Numbered from the stretch's first letter, positions 1-10,627 are shown. The stretch: DNA of 64,000 nt from Microcoleus sp. (GCA_042408215.1 JAYFMW010000006.1:832001-896000), one strand, 5' to 3'. Numbers and translations are program-made. The notes: generated from the sequence alone by a model not told the origin.

Positions 1-151
1 ATATAGCAATTAGAGACTTGGTTGTAAGAGTTTTTGCTGGCTCTATATTATATCTCAATTTACAATTCTCGAAAAAGCGATCGCCCTTAACACCTACTCG
101 ATCTGCTACAATCGTTAATAAAGGTCGTTTAGCCCGCGATAAAATACCGCT

Positions 152-727
152 ATGACTACCCTCACCCTCAACCTCAACCCCATTATTAAGCTGACAGACG
201 AGCAGTTTTTCCAACTCTGTCAAGAAAATGAAAATATTAGATTGGAACGCACAGCCAAAGGAGAATTAATCATCATGTCACCAGCAGGAGGAGAAACTAG
301 CAACAGCAATGCAGGATTAACTGCACAGATTTGGATTTGGAATCAGCAAAATAGACTAGGTAAAGTGTTTGATTCCTCTGGCGGTTTTAAACTTCCTAAT
401 GGTGCAAATAGAGCGCCTGATTCTTCTTGGGTAAAATTAGAACGCTGGAATGCACTAACTCCCGAACAACAAAAGAAATTTCCCCCCATTTGTCCTGATT
501 TTGTCGTCGAGTTACTTTCTCCCAGCGATAGTTTGAAAGAAACTCAGGATAAGATGAAAGAGTATCGAGACAATGGTGCTGTTTTAGGTTGGTTAATTAA
601 TCGCAAATCGCGACAAGTAGAGATTTACCGTCCGAATCAAGAAGTTGAAGTGTTGGAATCTCCAGCCACTGTATCAGGTGAAGATGTTCTCCCCGGATTT
701 ATTTTGAATCTTGAATCAATCTGGTAA
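152..727 (+). CDS. Uma2 family (DUF820) putative restriction-like endonuclease
   Basis: 191 aa; ERTAKGELIIMSP, FDSSGGFKLPNGA, PDFVVELLSPSD, LPGFILNL motifs typical of cyanobacterial Uma2 proteins. Confidence 0.9.
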   Translation: MTTLTLNLNPIIKLTDEQFFQLCQENENIRLERTAKGELIIMSPAGGETSNSNAGLTAQIWIWNQQNRLGKVFDSSGGFKLPNGANRAPDSSWVKLERWNALTPEQQKKFPPICPDFVVELLSPSDSLKETQDKMKEYRDNGAVLGWLINRKSRQVEIYRPNQEVEVLESPATVSGEDVLPGFILNLESIW

Positions 728-785
728 TGTGCGTGAAGCGAAGCTATCCCGCAGGGAATCGCACATTATATCAAATCCAGCAGCA

Positions 786-848
786 TCGGAATTATGTAGT
801 GCGAGCGTCTCGCTCGCCGCATTGATAGCGAGCGAGACGCTCGCACTG
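786..848. repeat. GTAG-type REP doublet (inverted pair)
   Basis: GTAGTGCGAGCGTCTCGCTCGC followed by its inverse GCGAGCGAGACGCTCGCACT, between convergent genes. Confidence 0.7.
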
Positions 849-913
849 ATATCGTCCAAATATATTATTCCAATGCAACCGGACACGATCTTACCAAATT
901 GAATTATCCTAAT

Positions 914-1960
914 CTATAGGATTTCCCTCAAAGTTTTAACTAATATTTGATTCTGTTCCTCCGTACCCACAGTAATCCGCAACTTATCTTCCAATCGCGG
1001 CTGCTTGAAGTATCGAATCAAAATCCCCAGCATTTTCAGTGTTTGATAAATCCTTTCTGCATCGCCTTGCGGCGGCCTAACTAACAAAAAGTTGGTTTGC
1101 GACGGCCAAACCTCAAAGCCCAACTGTTTGAGCGTCACTGCTAGTTTTTCTCGCGAAACCTTGATCTTTTCAGCATTGGCTGTCTTGTAATCTCGATCGG
1201 CGATCGCAGCCGCCGCCACTAGATAAGCCAAAGCATCCACATTATAGCTGTCTTTAACTTTATTTAACTCAGCCAGCAACTGCGGATTTGCGATGCCAAA
1301 ACCCAACCTCAATCCAGCTAGTGAATAGCCTTTAGAAAGCGTCCTCAAAACTATAACATTACTGTACTTTTTTGTCAAGTCTAAAGCATTTTGTTCCGCG
1401 AAATCTACATAAGCTTCATCAATCACAAGAAGGCCCGATAACCCCTTAGCCAATGTCTCCAAATCAGCAACAGATATAGCCGTTCCCGACGGACTATTTG
1501 GCGCAGCCACAAAAGTCACAGCACCTTGAGCTGCTATTAGTAAATCAACGGGTAACTGATAGTCTTCGGGATAGGGAACTTCGACAAAATCAGCCTCTTG
1601 AATCTCCGCCAACGTGCGGTACAATACATAGGTAGGTGCGGGACAAACCACCTGTTTTCCCGGTTCGCCAACAGCACGAACAATCAAGTTCAACAAATCA
1701 TCGCTACCGTTACCTGCGATAATCCAATCGCTAGGAACTCCTAAAACTTCGCTAGCTGCGAGGCGAAAACTTGTTGCTGTTGGATCGGGATATCTTCGCA
1801 ACATTTCTCCGTCTATTTCCCGCAGCACATTTAAAGCTTTTGGAGAAGGTGGATAAGCATTTTCATTAGAATTAAGTTTAATAATTTTTGTACCTAATGG
1901 TGGTTGTTCCCCAGGCACATAGCCAGACATTTCGTGGATGCTTGTGCGAAAATAATTCAT
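914..1960 (-). CDS. hisC: histidinol-phosphate aminotransferase
   Basis: KLNSNENAYPP, GNGSDD, PNSPSG, DEAY and PLP-lysine motif RTLSKGYSLAGLRLG. Confidence 0.93.
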   Translation of the reverse strand: MNYFRTSIHEMSGYVPGEQPPLGTKIIKLNSNENAYPPSPKALNVLREIDGEMLRRYPDPTATSFRLAASEVLGVPSDWIIAGNGSDDLLNLIVRAVGEPGKQVVCPAPTYVLYRTLAEIQEADFVEVPYPEDYQLPVDLLIAAQGAVTFVAAPNSPSGTAISVADLETLAKGLSGLLVIDEAYVDFAEQNALDLTKKYSNVIVLRTLSKGYSLAGLRLGFGIANPQLLAELNKVKDSYNVDALAYLVAAAAIADRDYKTANAEKIKVSREKLAVTLKQLGFEVWPSQTNFLLVRPPQGDAERIYQTLKMLGILIRYFKQPRLEDKLRITVGTEEQNQILVKTLREIL

Positions 1961-2013
1961 CTTTTATCTATCTTTTATCTGCGTTTATCTGCGTTCATCT
2001 GCGGTTAAAAAAA

Positions 2014-2727
2014 TTATATCAAACAATTAGTGACAATTCGCGTTATCCCCAAATCAAGTAACTTTTGCATATCTTCGCGATCGTCCACCGTCCAAGCAAC
2101 AATGTCAACTCCCTGACTGCGGCTTTGTTCAACCAGTGCAGGGTTTTCCAGCAAAACACGATACTGGCTGCTAATCAAATTATCGCGGTTGGCCACAGCT
2201 TTAACCAATTGAGTTTTGTACGCTTCCAGATTAGCAACGATATGTCCAATTAGCAAATAGCCAGATAGTCGCCGCACTTGTGACAAAAAATTATCGTTGA
2301 AAGAAGTAATAACGCATTTCTCTTTGATTCCTGCGTCGTTCAAACTATTGACAAAGTTGGCAACTTCTGCATCAGACCATTCGCAGTGCGGCTTGACATC
2401 AAAGTAGAGAAACTTGTCAACATTTTTGAGAATACTTAGCGCTTCCTCTAATGTGGGAATTTTTTCTCCCAAAAATTCAGCGCCAAACCATTTACCTGCA
2501 TCCAATGACTGCAATTGGGACAAGTTTTGCTCCCTGACTTTACCCGAAACGCCAGTAATTCTATCCAATGTGGCGTCGTGGAAAATCACTGGTACGCTGT
2601 CAGCGGATAGCTGGATGTCAAATTCGATCGAACTAGCTCCCCGGGCGATCGCCAGTTCAAAAGCTGCTAAGGTATTCTCAGGGGCGATCGCCGAAAATCC
2701 CCGATGTGCAATAATTTCTAAACTCAT
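2014..2727 (-). CDS. glycerophosphodiester phosphodiesterase (GDPD family)
   Basis: IIAHRGFSAIAPENTLAAF, EFDIQLSAD, HDATLDR, AWTVDD. Confidence 0.92.
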   Translation of the reverse strand: MSLEIIAHRGFSAIAPENTLAAFELAIARGASSIEFDIQLSADSVPVIFHDATLDRITGVSGKVREQNLSQLQSLDAGKWFGAEFLGEKIPTLEEALSILKNVDKFLYFDVKPHCEWSDAEVANFVNSLNDAGIKEKCVITSFNDNFLSQVRRLSGYLLIGHIVANLEAYKTQLVKAVANRDNLISSQYRVLLENPALVEQSRSQGVDIVAWTVDDREDMQKLLDLGITRIVTNCLI

Positions 2728-3578
2728 TGTTTTGTGCTCTCTAAAAATTCTGCTACAGTCTGATTAAAAGTTTCCGGTTCTACCAAAAATGACCAATGAT
2801 TCCCCGGTACTTTGGCAATTACCAGATTTTTTAAGTATGTCTGATAGGGCTGCATTTGCCAAGCCATACGATTGACGCCTTTTTCCGGCTGAATAAACAA
2901 AGTAGGAATATCAATATCTTCAGTTAAACCAGCAACTTTCATCACTTCTGTAAATATTTGATTTCTCGCTGTAATCACAAATTTACTGCCCCAAGTGCCA
3001 TCGGATTTTTGCTCGATTAGGTGATTGAATATCATTTGTTGCACATCACTCCAACCAGCGTATTCTCCTGATAGTTTCGCAGCAGCTTCCGCTTGCGATA
3101 AAGTCGCAAATGGGCCCATACATTTGAGACAATCTAATTTGCGGTAAACAATGGGTAGGGTGAGTTTCAACACAGCGGGCAGTTTGGTGATGAAGATGGG
3201 GTCTACTAAAATCATACTACAAAAGCGTTCGGGATTTTGCCTTGCCCAAATTGGCGCTAGTTTTCCCGTCCAAGAATGTCCTAAAATGTGGGCTTGCGGC
3301 CAGTTGAGATGTGCCATCAAAGCTTCTAAATCTGCGATCGCACTTTCAAAAGTATAGCCAGTTTCAGGTTTGCTGCTCTCTCCGTGTCCGCGCATATCTG
3401 GCGCTACAATATGATAGCGGTTAGACAAGTAATTGCCCAAGCTAGTCCAGACACACGCACTATCTGCTAAACCGTGTAGCAGCAGCAAACGCGGAACTTT
3501 TTCTTTGTCCGTTTCTGGCTTCCATTCTAGGTAAGAAAGTTCGATTTCTGGCAAGTGCAATGTGTTACGAGTTGGCAT
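2724..3578 (-). CDS. alpha/beta fold hydrolase
   Basis: LLLLHGL, PDMRGHGES, nucleophile elbow GHSWTG, C-terminal GNH; 4-bp overlap with GDPD gene. Confidence 0.9.
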   Translation of the reverse strand: MPTRNTLHLPEIELSYLEWKPETDKEKVPRLLLLHGLADSACVWTSLGNYLSNRYHIVAPDMRGHGESSKPETGYTFESAIADLEALMAHLNWPQAHILGHSWTGKLAPIWARQNPERFCSMILVDPIFITKLPAVLKLTLPIVYRKLDCLKCMGPFATLSQAEAAAKLSGEYAGWSDVQQMIFNHLIEQKSDGTWGSKFVITARNQIFTEVMKVAGLTEDIDIPTLFIQPEKGVNRMAWQMQPYQTYLKNLVIAKVPGNHWSFLVEPETFNQTVAEFLESTKQ

Positions 3579-3637
3579 GATTAGGGTGTTTTCTAGTTGG
3601 ATAAATTTGAGTTTACCTCATTTATACTATTTTTATG

Positions 3638-3882
3638 AACAGGCAAGATGCCTGTTCCACAAAGAGTGAATTTTATTGTACTGTTTTCATAAACAGGCAA
3701 GATGCCTGTTCCACAAAGAGTGAATTTTATTGTACTGTTTTCATAAACAGGCAAGATGCCTGTTCCACAAAGAATACATCTTCTTGTGGGGTGGGCTTCT
3801 AGCCCGCCCTTATAAACAGGCAAGATGCCTGTTCCACAAAGAATACATCTTCTTGTGGGGTGGGCTTCTAGCCCGCCCTTAT
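3638..3882. repeat. cluster of four REP palindromes (AACAGGCAAGATGCCTGTTCCACAAAG) in two tandem duplications
   Basis: 27-bp hairpin core four times; intervening sequences duplicated pairwise; same core at about 34774, 39079 and 39139. Confidence 0.85.
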
Positions 3883-3885
3883 GAC

Positions 3886-5145
3886 CTAACCTTTGCCCTT
3901 CAGACTAAACAAAATAAACTGGGTTTTTTGCGCTTCATCAAAATTGTCGTCGCTTACCAAAACTAAACTTTGACTACCGTCTGGCAAACGCGGGCCGAGA
4001 GTCATTCCCTCTAAATTGTACAGCGGAATTCCCAATTCTGTCAAGTCTAGGAGCAACTTTTTCCTGACAGGTTCAACCGCCGATCGCCCTTTGAAGCTAT
4101 TGATTCTCGAAGTATCTGTAGCCGCCCCAACTGCTACTTGATAAATCCGCGCGCCGTATCCCGACAGCCCAAAAGAACGCTCTAAGCTCAAAAACTGGCC
4201 GCCACCAACAGCTACTAATTCTGTTAAACCATTCAAAATACTCAAAGGAACTTGATCGAGCGTGTAAAGATTTTCTGAGACTAATTGCGCTGTTTTATCA
4301 ACGATGATATAATGTAAAAGACGAAGTTTACTTGCCTGTTCCGGGTCTAGGTCTTGCATTAAAGGCGCTTCCGTAGCCACAAACACACGAAACGGATCGA
4401 GGCCGCCCGGACTAAAAGTTTCTGGATCAATTGTCAAAGATTCAAAACCCAAATTATCCAGCACTCCTTGCTGCTGTTTCTCATCGCTAGCATCGGGAAT
4501 GTAGCGCTTTGGTATTGGTAAATTTTCCCGCATTTTGCCAGTTTTTAAGTCAAATTCTCCGACAAAAGGAGGGATACCAACATGAGTAACGCCTTCACTG
4601 GCGATCAAAACGGAATTGCGGGGAGAAAGGGCGATGCCTTCTGGATTTATGGAACCCCAAGAGAAGGTTTCGCCATCTGCTTTTTTGAGGTAGGTAACAC
4701 CTTCAACGGTAACTTTTTTCAGACTAATATTTGGTGAATCAACCGATGTGAGGTCGAGTCTAAGACTGTAAAATCTGGCATCTACATTTTCGCTGGGGTC
4801 GTCGGAAAGAGCGTAAAAGCGATAAGCTTGGGAAGTGACTCCGCTCATACCTTTGGAGTCGTAGGTAATTCCTGATAAGCCGCCGACTGGTGCTCCTTCA
4901 AAATTAATTTTTGGCAATTGATACTCCCCCAAAAATTCTAGGGACATTTCCGGGAAAGAGCGGTCTTTTGCCACTGCGGGAGGTGGAGCACAAGCTGTGC
5001 AAATAGTTAACAAAATTAGGGCTAAACTGCATAAGCGCAAAATACGATCGCCCAGGGTCTTGAAATCCAAATAATTGCTCAGTGCGGTAATTTTTATTTT
5101 GCTGTTCTTGTTCAACTGTTGGCTTTTGTGCCATCTTTGTGACAT
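3886..5145 (-). CDS. esterase-like activity of phytase family protein, probably exported/lipoprotein (start uncertain)
   Basis: GGLSGITYD, ALSDD, NPEGIA, NLGFESLT, NLEGMTLGP, VSDDNF motifs; hydrophobic N-region ending TAC. Confidence 0.85.
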   Translation of the reverse strand: MSQRWHKSQQLNKNSKIKITALSNYLDFKTLGDRILRLCSLALILLTICTACAPPPAVAKDRSFPEMSLEFLGEYQLPKINFEGAPVGGLSGITYDSKGMSGVTSQAYRFYALSDDPSENVDARFYSLRLDLTSVDSPNISLKKVTVEGVTYLKKADGETFSWGSINPEGIALSPRNSVLIASEGVTHVGIPPFVGEFDLKTGKMRENLPIPKRYIPDASDEKQQQGVLDNLGFESLTIDPETFSPGGLDPFRVFVATEAPLMQDLDPEQASKLRLLHYIIVDKTAQLVSENLYTLDQVPLSILNGLTELVAVGGGQFLSLERSFGLSGYGARIYQVAVGAATDTSRINSFKGRSAVEPVRKKLLLDLTELGIPLYNLEGMTLGPRLPDGSQSLVLVSDDNFDEAQKTQFILFSLKGKG

Positions 5146-5220
5146 AATATATACCGTTTTGTAGATATGCAAAACTTGATGTTTCGAGAATGGATGCGGC
5201 ATCGCTGCAACCAAATTTTG

Positions 5221-6501
5221 ATGATGAGAAGTTCTGTCCCCATCGGGTGCTTACTGTTTTTGTGGTTATGTGCTGGTTCTATTGCTAGCGCCCAAACTAA
5301 TCAACCTGGTCTGGATCAATTTTCTCCTAATCCGTTAGAGATTACCACACCAGATCCCCTAACTCCCGCCAGTGAATCTTTGAGCAGCACTCAGCGGGAT
5401 GAATTGAGCGCGGCTTTGGATCAGTTAAATTTAGAAGCTGTGGCTAAACAGCAAGCTGGAGATGGAGTCGGTGCTTTTGAAATCTGGTTTCGAGAATTGC
5501 GACTACGCAGGTATCTCGGCCCGGCGGCGGAAATTGCTGCTTTAAGTCGGGTGGGAAGTGTTGCTTGGAGTAGCGGTAAAACCCTCGAATTAAAGTTTAT
5601 TACCCAACGGCTACAAGCAATTCAAAAACAAGTCAAATCCCAGGTACCAGTTGATACTGAGTTGCTCCCAGCCTTGGCGGCGGCTTTTCAGCAGGTGCGC
5701 GCTAAAGGCCCGACAGTAGAAGTTTATCAAGAAATTCTCGACAATGCACGCCAGCGGGAGGATATTTTGGCTCAAGGTCAGACTTTAAAGGCGATCGGGC
5801 AAATTCATATTAATTGGTTGAGTTACGATAAAGCAGCTCCCGTGTATGAGGAATTGGCAAGTTTAATTCAGGAAAACCGCGCTTTATTTGCTACCAATTC
5901 TGCTGTTACCAATCCTACTGTAACGGCTGGAAATGGCGCACCTCCGCAACCTGTAACTCCTCCAACTGAGGTAGATGCTCTGAGACAATTGGCTTATGTT
6001 TACCAGCAGTCGAAACAGCCACTGAAGGCGATCGCAGCTAGGGAAAAACTAACATCGGTGTATGTCAATCTGCAAAATCCCAGCGCTATACCACCGCTAA
6101 AAATTGCGATCGCTGCCGATTACAAAACTCTAGGTCAAATCAATTTAGCAGCTCAATACTATCAGGAAGCATACAATTTAGCCGTCCCCATTCAACAGTA
6201 TGCTCACGCTAGCGAAGCTTTGGACAAATTAGCTTTACTTTATCGATCGCAAAAGCAATGGGAGCCGACTTTGCGAATTTATCAAATGCAGTTGCTGTTA
6301 GAAGAGCGGGCTTATAATTTCTACGGATTGATGAACGCTTATGACAATATCGGTCAAGTTTATCAGGAGATGAAGGATTATAACAAAGCTTTAGAAGCTT
6401 ATCAAAAAGGCTTGGAAGTGGCTAAAAGGTTGGGACACCGACAAGAGTATTTTGCTAGGAAAATTCAAAAAGTCAACAAGCAATTGGAGAAGAGTTCCTA
6501 A
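5221..6501 (+). CDS. tetratricopeptide repeat protein with signal peptide (start uncertain)
   Basis: signal-like N-terminus ending ASA-Q; C-terminal TPR AYDNIGQVYQEMKDYNKALEAYQKGL. Confidence 0.75.
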   Translation: MMRSSVPIGCLLFLWLCAGSIASAQTNQPGLDQFSPNPLEITTPDPLTPASESLSSTQRDELSAALDQLNLEAVAKQQAGDGVGAFEIWFRELRLRRYLGPAAEIAALSRVGSVAWSSGKTLELKFITQRLQAIQKQVKSQVPVDTELLPALAAAFQQVRAKGPTVEVYQEILDNARQREDILAQGQTLKAIGQIHINWLSYDKAAPVYEELASLIQENRALFATNSAVTNPTVTAGNGAPPQPVTPPTEVDALRQLAYVYQQSKQPLKAIAAREKLTSVYVNLQNPSAIPPLKIAIAADYKTLGQINLAAQYYQEAYNLAVPIQQYAHASEALDKLALLYRSQKQWEPTLRIYQMQLLLEERAYNFYGLMNAYDNIGQVYQEMKDYNKALEAYQKGLEVAKRLGHRQEYFARKIQKVNKQLEKSS

Positions 6502-6590
6502 AGAAACCGGGTTTCTCTGAAAAATATTTGCTTTCTCAACTATAGATCTAGGTCGAAACCCGGTTTCTGGTCTCGACGTGCGTAAGTTCT
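6501..6590. repeat. AGAAACCGGGTTT...AAACCCGGTTTCT inverted-repeat MITE
   Basis: inverted arms about 55 bp apart, followed by TGCGTAAGT; related copies at 10628-10733, 28744-28841, 52932-53019. Confidence 0.65.
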
Positions 6591-6636
6591 GTTGTTACAA
6601 TTATGACAGGGATATATTCTACCATTTTTGCGATCG

Positions 6637-8712
6637 ATGACCATTTCTTCACCAGTAGCAGACACCAAAAACCAACCCCGCCGCGAAACAGACTGGCGGT
6701 TATTCATGAGGTTGGCATCCTATGCAACCCGCAGCAAACGTTTGCTGATTATTTCCCTCGTGCTATTAGTGCCGCTGGCCGTATCGGGAGCAGTTCAACC
6801 CATCTTGATCGGACAGGCAATTTCCCTAATTCGAGCTGAACCTACCTACGAATTTCTGCGGGGAATGCCTTTATCTGCCGGATTAAATATTCTGGCAGTT
6901 ATGCTAATGCTAACTATAGCATTTCGGCTGGGATTGCAATCGGTTCAAGGCTATTTAGTCACGAAAGTAGGGCAAATAATTACTACTGATATTAGAAATG
7001 ATTTGTTCGCCCACGTCACTTCCCTAGCAGTCAGATTTTTCGATCGCACTCCTGTAGGCAAATTGATGACTCGCCTCACCAGCGATGTGGAGGCTTTGGG
7101 AGAGGTTTTTTCTTCTGGGGCGATCGGCATTCTCGGCGATTTATTTTCAATATTAGTAATTGCCATATTCATGTTTACCATGCAGTGGCAATTAGCTTTA
7201 ATGTTGGTGTTGATGATGATACCAATTACGGCACTCATAGTTTATTTTCAGTACAAATATCGGGTAGCAAATTACAAGACTAGAGAAGAACTTGCCGATC
7301 TCAACGCCCAACTGCAAGAAAACCTGACTGGTATTGCTGTAGTGCAGCTATTCCGCCGCGAAAGATTCAACTCACAATTGTTTCGCGTCACCAATCAGCG
7401 CTACATTAAAGAAATTGATGAAACTATCTTTTACGACTCAGCCGTATCTGCTACATTAGAATGGATTGCTTTAGTTGCGATCGCAGCAGTTTTGTGGATG
7501 GGCGGTCAAAGCCTGATGCAAGGTACGATTAACTTTGGTACTCTCTCTGCATTCATTCTGTTTGCTCAGCGTCTCTTCGATCCCCTCCGGCAATTTGCTG
7601 AGAAATTCACCGCTATTCAAGCAGGATTTACCGCCGTTGAACGGATTAGCGATATTCTCAACGAACCGATCGAAATTAAAGATCCAACTAGCGCACAGAA
7701 GGAAGAAGGAAGAGGGCAGAAGGAAGAAGGAAGAGGGCCCTTCGACTTCGCTCAGGGTAAAAAGAGGGAAGAGGAAAAAACGGAATATTATTCACCCCTG
7801 CTGATAACAGGACATCCAGAGGCAATTGCTGACAATTGGTCCCATTTCCATCGAGAATTGGCAGATAATAATCAAAATCCCGCAACTTCTGAATATCGTC
7901 TATTGTCTAATAATTCCAAACTCACCCCCCCCAACCCCCCCTTGCTAAGGGGGGGAGAAAATCCAAAATCGCAGGATTCTGAATCAGGAGAAATCCAATT
8001 TGACAATGTGTGGTTTGCTTACAAACAAGACGAATATGTTCTGCAAAACCTCAATTTCACAATCAAATCCGGCGATAAAGTAGCATTAGTTGGCCCTACC
8101 GGTGCTGGCAAAAGTTCGATTATCCGTCTCCTGTGTCGCCTTTACGAGCCCACCCAAGGACGTATTTTAATTAATCATGTCGATATTCGGGATTTGCCCC
8201 AAGCAGAATTACGGCGACACATAGGTGTTATTATCCAAGATGGCTTTCTATTTGCTGGCGATGTGAAGAGCAATATTAGCCTGGGAGAAAATTACTCGAT
8301 CGAGGAAATTCAAGCAGCAGCAGAAAAGACAAATGTTGCCAGATTAATTGAACAATTGCCTCAAGGTTATGATACGCAATTGCGGGAACGGGGCACTAAT
8401 CTTTCGGGGGGACAAAAGCAATTATTGGCCTTTGCTCGCGCCGCTATTCGCAATCCTAGTATTTTAGTTCTAGATGAAGCAACTGCTAGTTTGGATGTGG
8501 GGACAGAAGCTTTAATTCAACAAGCACTAGAGCGTTTAATGGCGGAAAGAACGGCGATAATTATTGCTCACCGACTCTCGACTATCCGAAATGTCGATCG
8601 CATTTTAGTGCTCAAACGCGGCGAATTAGTAGAGTCTGGCAGCCACGATGAATTGTTGCAGCAAGAAGGGTTGTATGCTAGTTTGTACAAGTTGCAAATG
8701 CTGGGAAGTTAA
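6637..8712 (+). CDS. ABC exporter, fused permease/ATP-binding subunit (MdlB-like)
   Basis: six-TM domain; Walker A GPTGAGKS, signature LSGGQKQ, Walker B ILVLDEAT, IAHRLSTI; long insert in the linker. Confidence 0.92.
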   Translation: MTISSPVADTKNQPRRETDWRLFMRLASYATRSKRLLIISLVLLVPLAVSGAVQPILIGQAISLIRAEPTYEFLRGMPLSAGLNILAVMLMLTIAFRLGLQSVQGYLVTKVGQIITTDIRNDLFAHVTSLAVRFFDRTPVGKLMTRLTSDVEALGEVFSSGAIGILGDLFSILVIAIFMFTMQWQLALMLVLMMIPITALIVYFQYKYRVANYKTREELADLNAQLQENLTGIAVVQLFRRERFNSQLFRVTNQRYIKEIDETIFYDSAVSATLEWIALVAIAAVLWMGGQSLMQGTINFGTLSAFILFAQRLFDPLRQFAEKFTAIQAGFTAVERISDILNEPIEIKDPTSAQKEEGRGQKEEGRGPFDFAQGKKREEEKTEYYSPLLITGHPEAIADNWSHFHRELADNNQNPATSEYRLLSNNSKLTPPNPPLLRGGENPKSQDSESGEIQFDNVWFAYKQDEYVLQNLNFTIKSGDKVALVGPTGAGKSSIIRLLCRLYEPTQGRILINHVDIRDLPQAELRRHIGVIIQDGFLFAGDVKSNISLGENYSIEEIQAAAEKTNVARLIEQLPQGYDTQLRERGTNLSGGQKQLLAFARAAIRNPSILVLDEATASLDVGTEALIQQALERLMAERTAIIIAHRLSTIRNVDRILVLKRGELVESGSHDELLQQEGLYASLYKLQMLGS

Positions 8713-8803
8713 GAGCTGAATCCGGCTTATTTCTTAGTCCCCCTCTGCTGGGACTTCGTTTGTGTAGTAGCGGTTTCAACCAGTCTTCAAATCTAAAATT
8801 GAA

Positions 8804-9022
8804 TCACCTGCCCGAAGTCATTTTCCAAAGTGTTTCTGGCAGGTGAATTACATACTGAAACAACTGATTTGGCCCGATGCCAAACAATAACTGCATCGTC
8901 AACACAATTACTGCCAGAGAAATCGCCGTCCCGATGCTGGCATTCATTACTTTGAGGGCCCAGTTAAATACCAACCAAGATACAAGTAATGAGGCAATTA
9001 AGATAATTAATTCTATTGGCAT
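8804..9022 (-). CDS. small two-TM membrane protein
   Basis: 72 aa, two hydrophobic helices, ATG start. Confidence 0.7.
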   Translation of the reverse strand: MPIELIILIASLLVSWLVFNWALKVMNASIGTAISLAVIVLTMQLLFGIGPNQLFQYVIHLPETLWKMTSGR

Positions 9023-9359
9023 ATCACATTTTTCACTCTAATTTAACTATACTTTTTATAGCAATCGCTAAGACTGTTCGGAGGTTGTTAATGGCTGATA
9101 TCGTTTACGGTAGTTTCGGAATGATTAAACCACAGAGGCCACAGAGGGCGCTGAGGAAGAGAAGAGAGAGATGAATAATTCCGATACCAATAAGGGGCTT
9201 TTTTATGGGTGGGGGCGGGTTTATTTAACCTGTTTGCACTCTTTAAGGCTATTGGTGAACCCGCCCCTACAGGTGATTGAGAATGATACAAGACAATATC
9301 TCATTTGCATCCGTTAAATCCGTTAAAAAATCCGTTGCCGAACTTCCTTCTCCTATACT

Positions 9360-10577
9360 TCAAGCAATGCTGCCGCGTTTCCGTGTTTCCTTGTAAGAAA
9401 TTCCGACATTTTTTAAACCTGCTTTAATCATTTCCTGTTCCAACAACGCGAAAAAGCGACCTCTATCTCCTCCTTTTACCACGGCTTGGTTGTGGGCTTC
9501 CGCTAATGTTACTGGATAGCCGCCTCCTTTGTGCACCTGAGCTAGCATCATTCCCAATGCTAAATTTAGCTGGGCTGAATCTTCAACTACCCATTCCGGC
9601 ACTTCTATTCTAGCAATTTCTGTCCCGACGTGAACGTAACAGAAATAGACAGAATTAAGGCCGTACAAGTCTAAGATTCGAGATTGGGATTTCCAGAAAG
9701 GACTTCTTTGTCCCGGTGACAGTATTGTTGCCCACAAAATTGCATCTCGCAAGGGTTCAAATACTTGACAAGGTGCTTTGTCGGCGTAGGATATTGTGGC
9801 GGCAAATCCGACATTGGGGCAATTTGTTATGCAGTCGGGTACTTCGTGGGTGCAAGCTTGAAATCGTAAAAAAGATAAGCTTTCGCTGCTGCGAGAAGCA
9901 CTCAGATATCCTAATAGGGGAATTCTTGCTAAACGCAATTTGTCCCAAGCTTCTAAAATTGGCTGTAAAATTCGATCGCGCGCTTCGCTGGGCAAGGGTT
10001 CTAAAAACCAATAAATCAGGGAACCGTCTACCATTGCCAAAGTTGGCGCCGGCAATTTATTGTTGTTAACTTGCGCCCAATTGCGGCCAATTTCTGCTAA
10101 GGCAATTGCTTCGGAAACTGCGCGCTTATATCCCATCCACTCTTCGGTTCTAATTCCCCACTGTCGGGAAACATACAAGTCTTCTGGCTTGTAAAAAACC
10201 TCTGGTATGCTGTCTAAAACTGGGTGGCGGCTTTGCCCGTAATGGAGCATGACGGTGCCGATGTTTAGCAGGTAGCAGTAGGCTATTTCGTGATGGCTTG
10301 GTGAAATTTGAGAGCCGTCTGTGGCAAATACTGTGTGGGCTGTGGGGGGTGCTGGGATATCAGGGCGATCGGACAATGGCTCGATTGGCGTGGCAGAATT
10401 GAATAAAGTGCGATCGCGCCAACTCTCTTTTAATTCTACCAATTCTTCCTGTCTCGTTGCCGCTTTTTCTAGCAAATTCTGAGCCACTTCTAAACGCTGG
10501 CGAGCCGCCAGAGCCTCCACAGTTAAATGTTGGCTCATTCCCTGCATTGCTTTTGCTGCTTTAGTTAAATCTAGCAT
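9360..10577 (-). CDS. NurA-domain nuclease
   Basis: ATDGSQI, MVDGSLIYW, EIARIEVPEW, GYPVTLAEAHNQAVV. Confidence 0.88.
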   Translation of the reverse strand: MLDLTKAAKAMQGMSQHLTVEALAARQRLEVAQNLLEKAATRQEELVELKESWRDRTLFNSATPIEPLSDRPDIPAPPTAHTVFATDGSQISPSHHEIAYCYLLNIGTVMLHYGQSRHPVLDSIPEVFYKPEDLYVSRQWGIRTEEWMGYKRAVSEAIALAEIGRNWAQVNNNKLPAPTLAMVDGSLIYWFLEPLPSEARDRILQPILEAWDKLRLARIPLLGYLSASRSSESLSFLRFQACTHEVPDCITNCPNVGFAATISYADKAPCQVFEPLRDAILWATILSPGQRSPFWKSQSRILDLYGLNSVYFCYVHVGTEIARIEVPEWVVEDSAQLNLALGMMLAQVHKGGGYPVTLAEAHNQAVVKGGDRGRFFALLEQEMIKAGLKNVGISYKETRKRGSIA

Positions 10578-10627
10578 TTGTTATTAGTTAACTGTTGACT
10601 GTTAACTGATGGCTGTTGACTAATACA

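Noticed and set aside
3593..3823. 76-aa ORF with CGTGILPV repeats
   Set aside because: Translation of REP palindromes; not a credible gene.
3638..3882. CRISPR array
   Set aside because: Spacers are duplicated, the repeat occurs singly elsewhere, and there are no cas genes or leader; it is a REP cluster.
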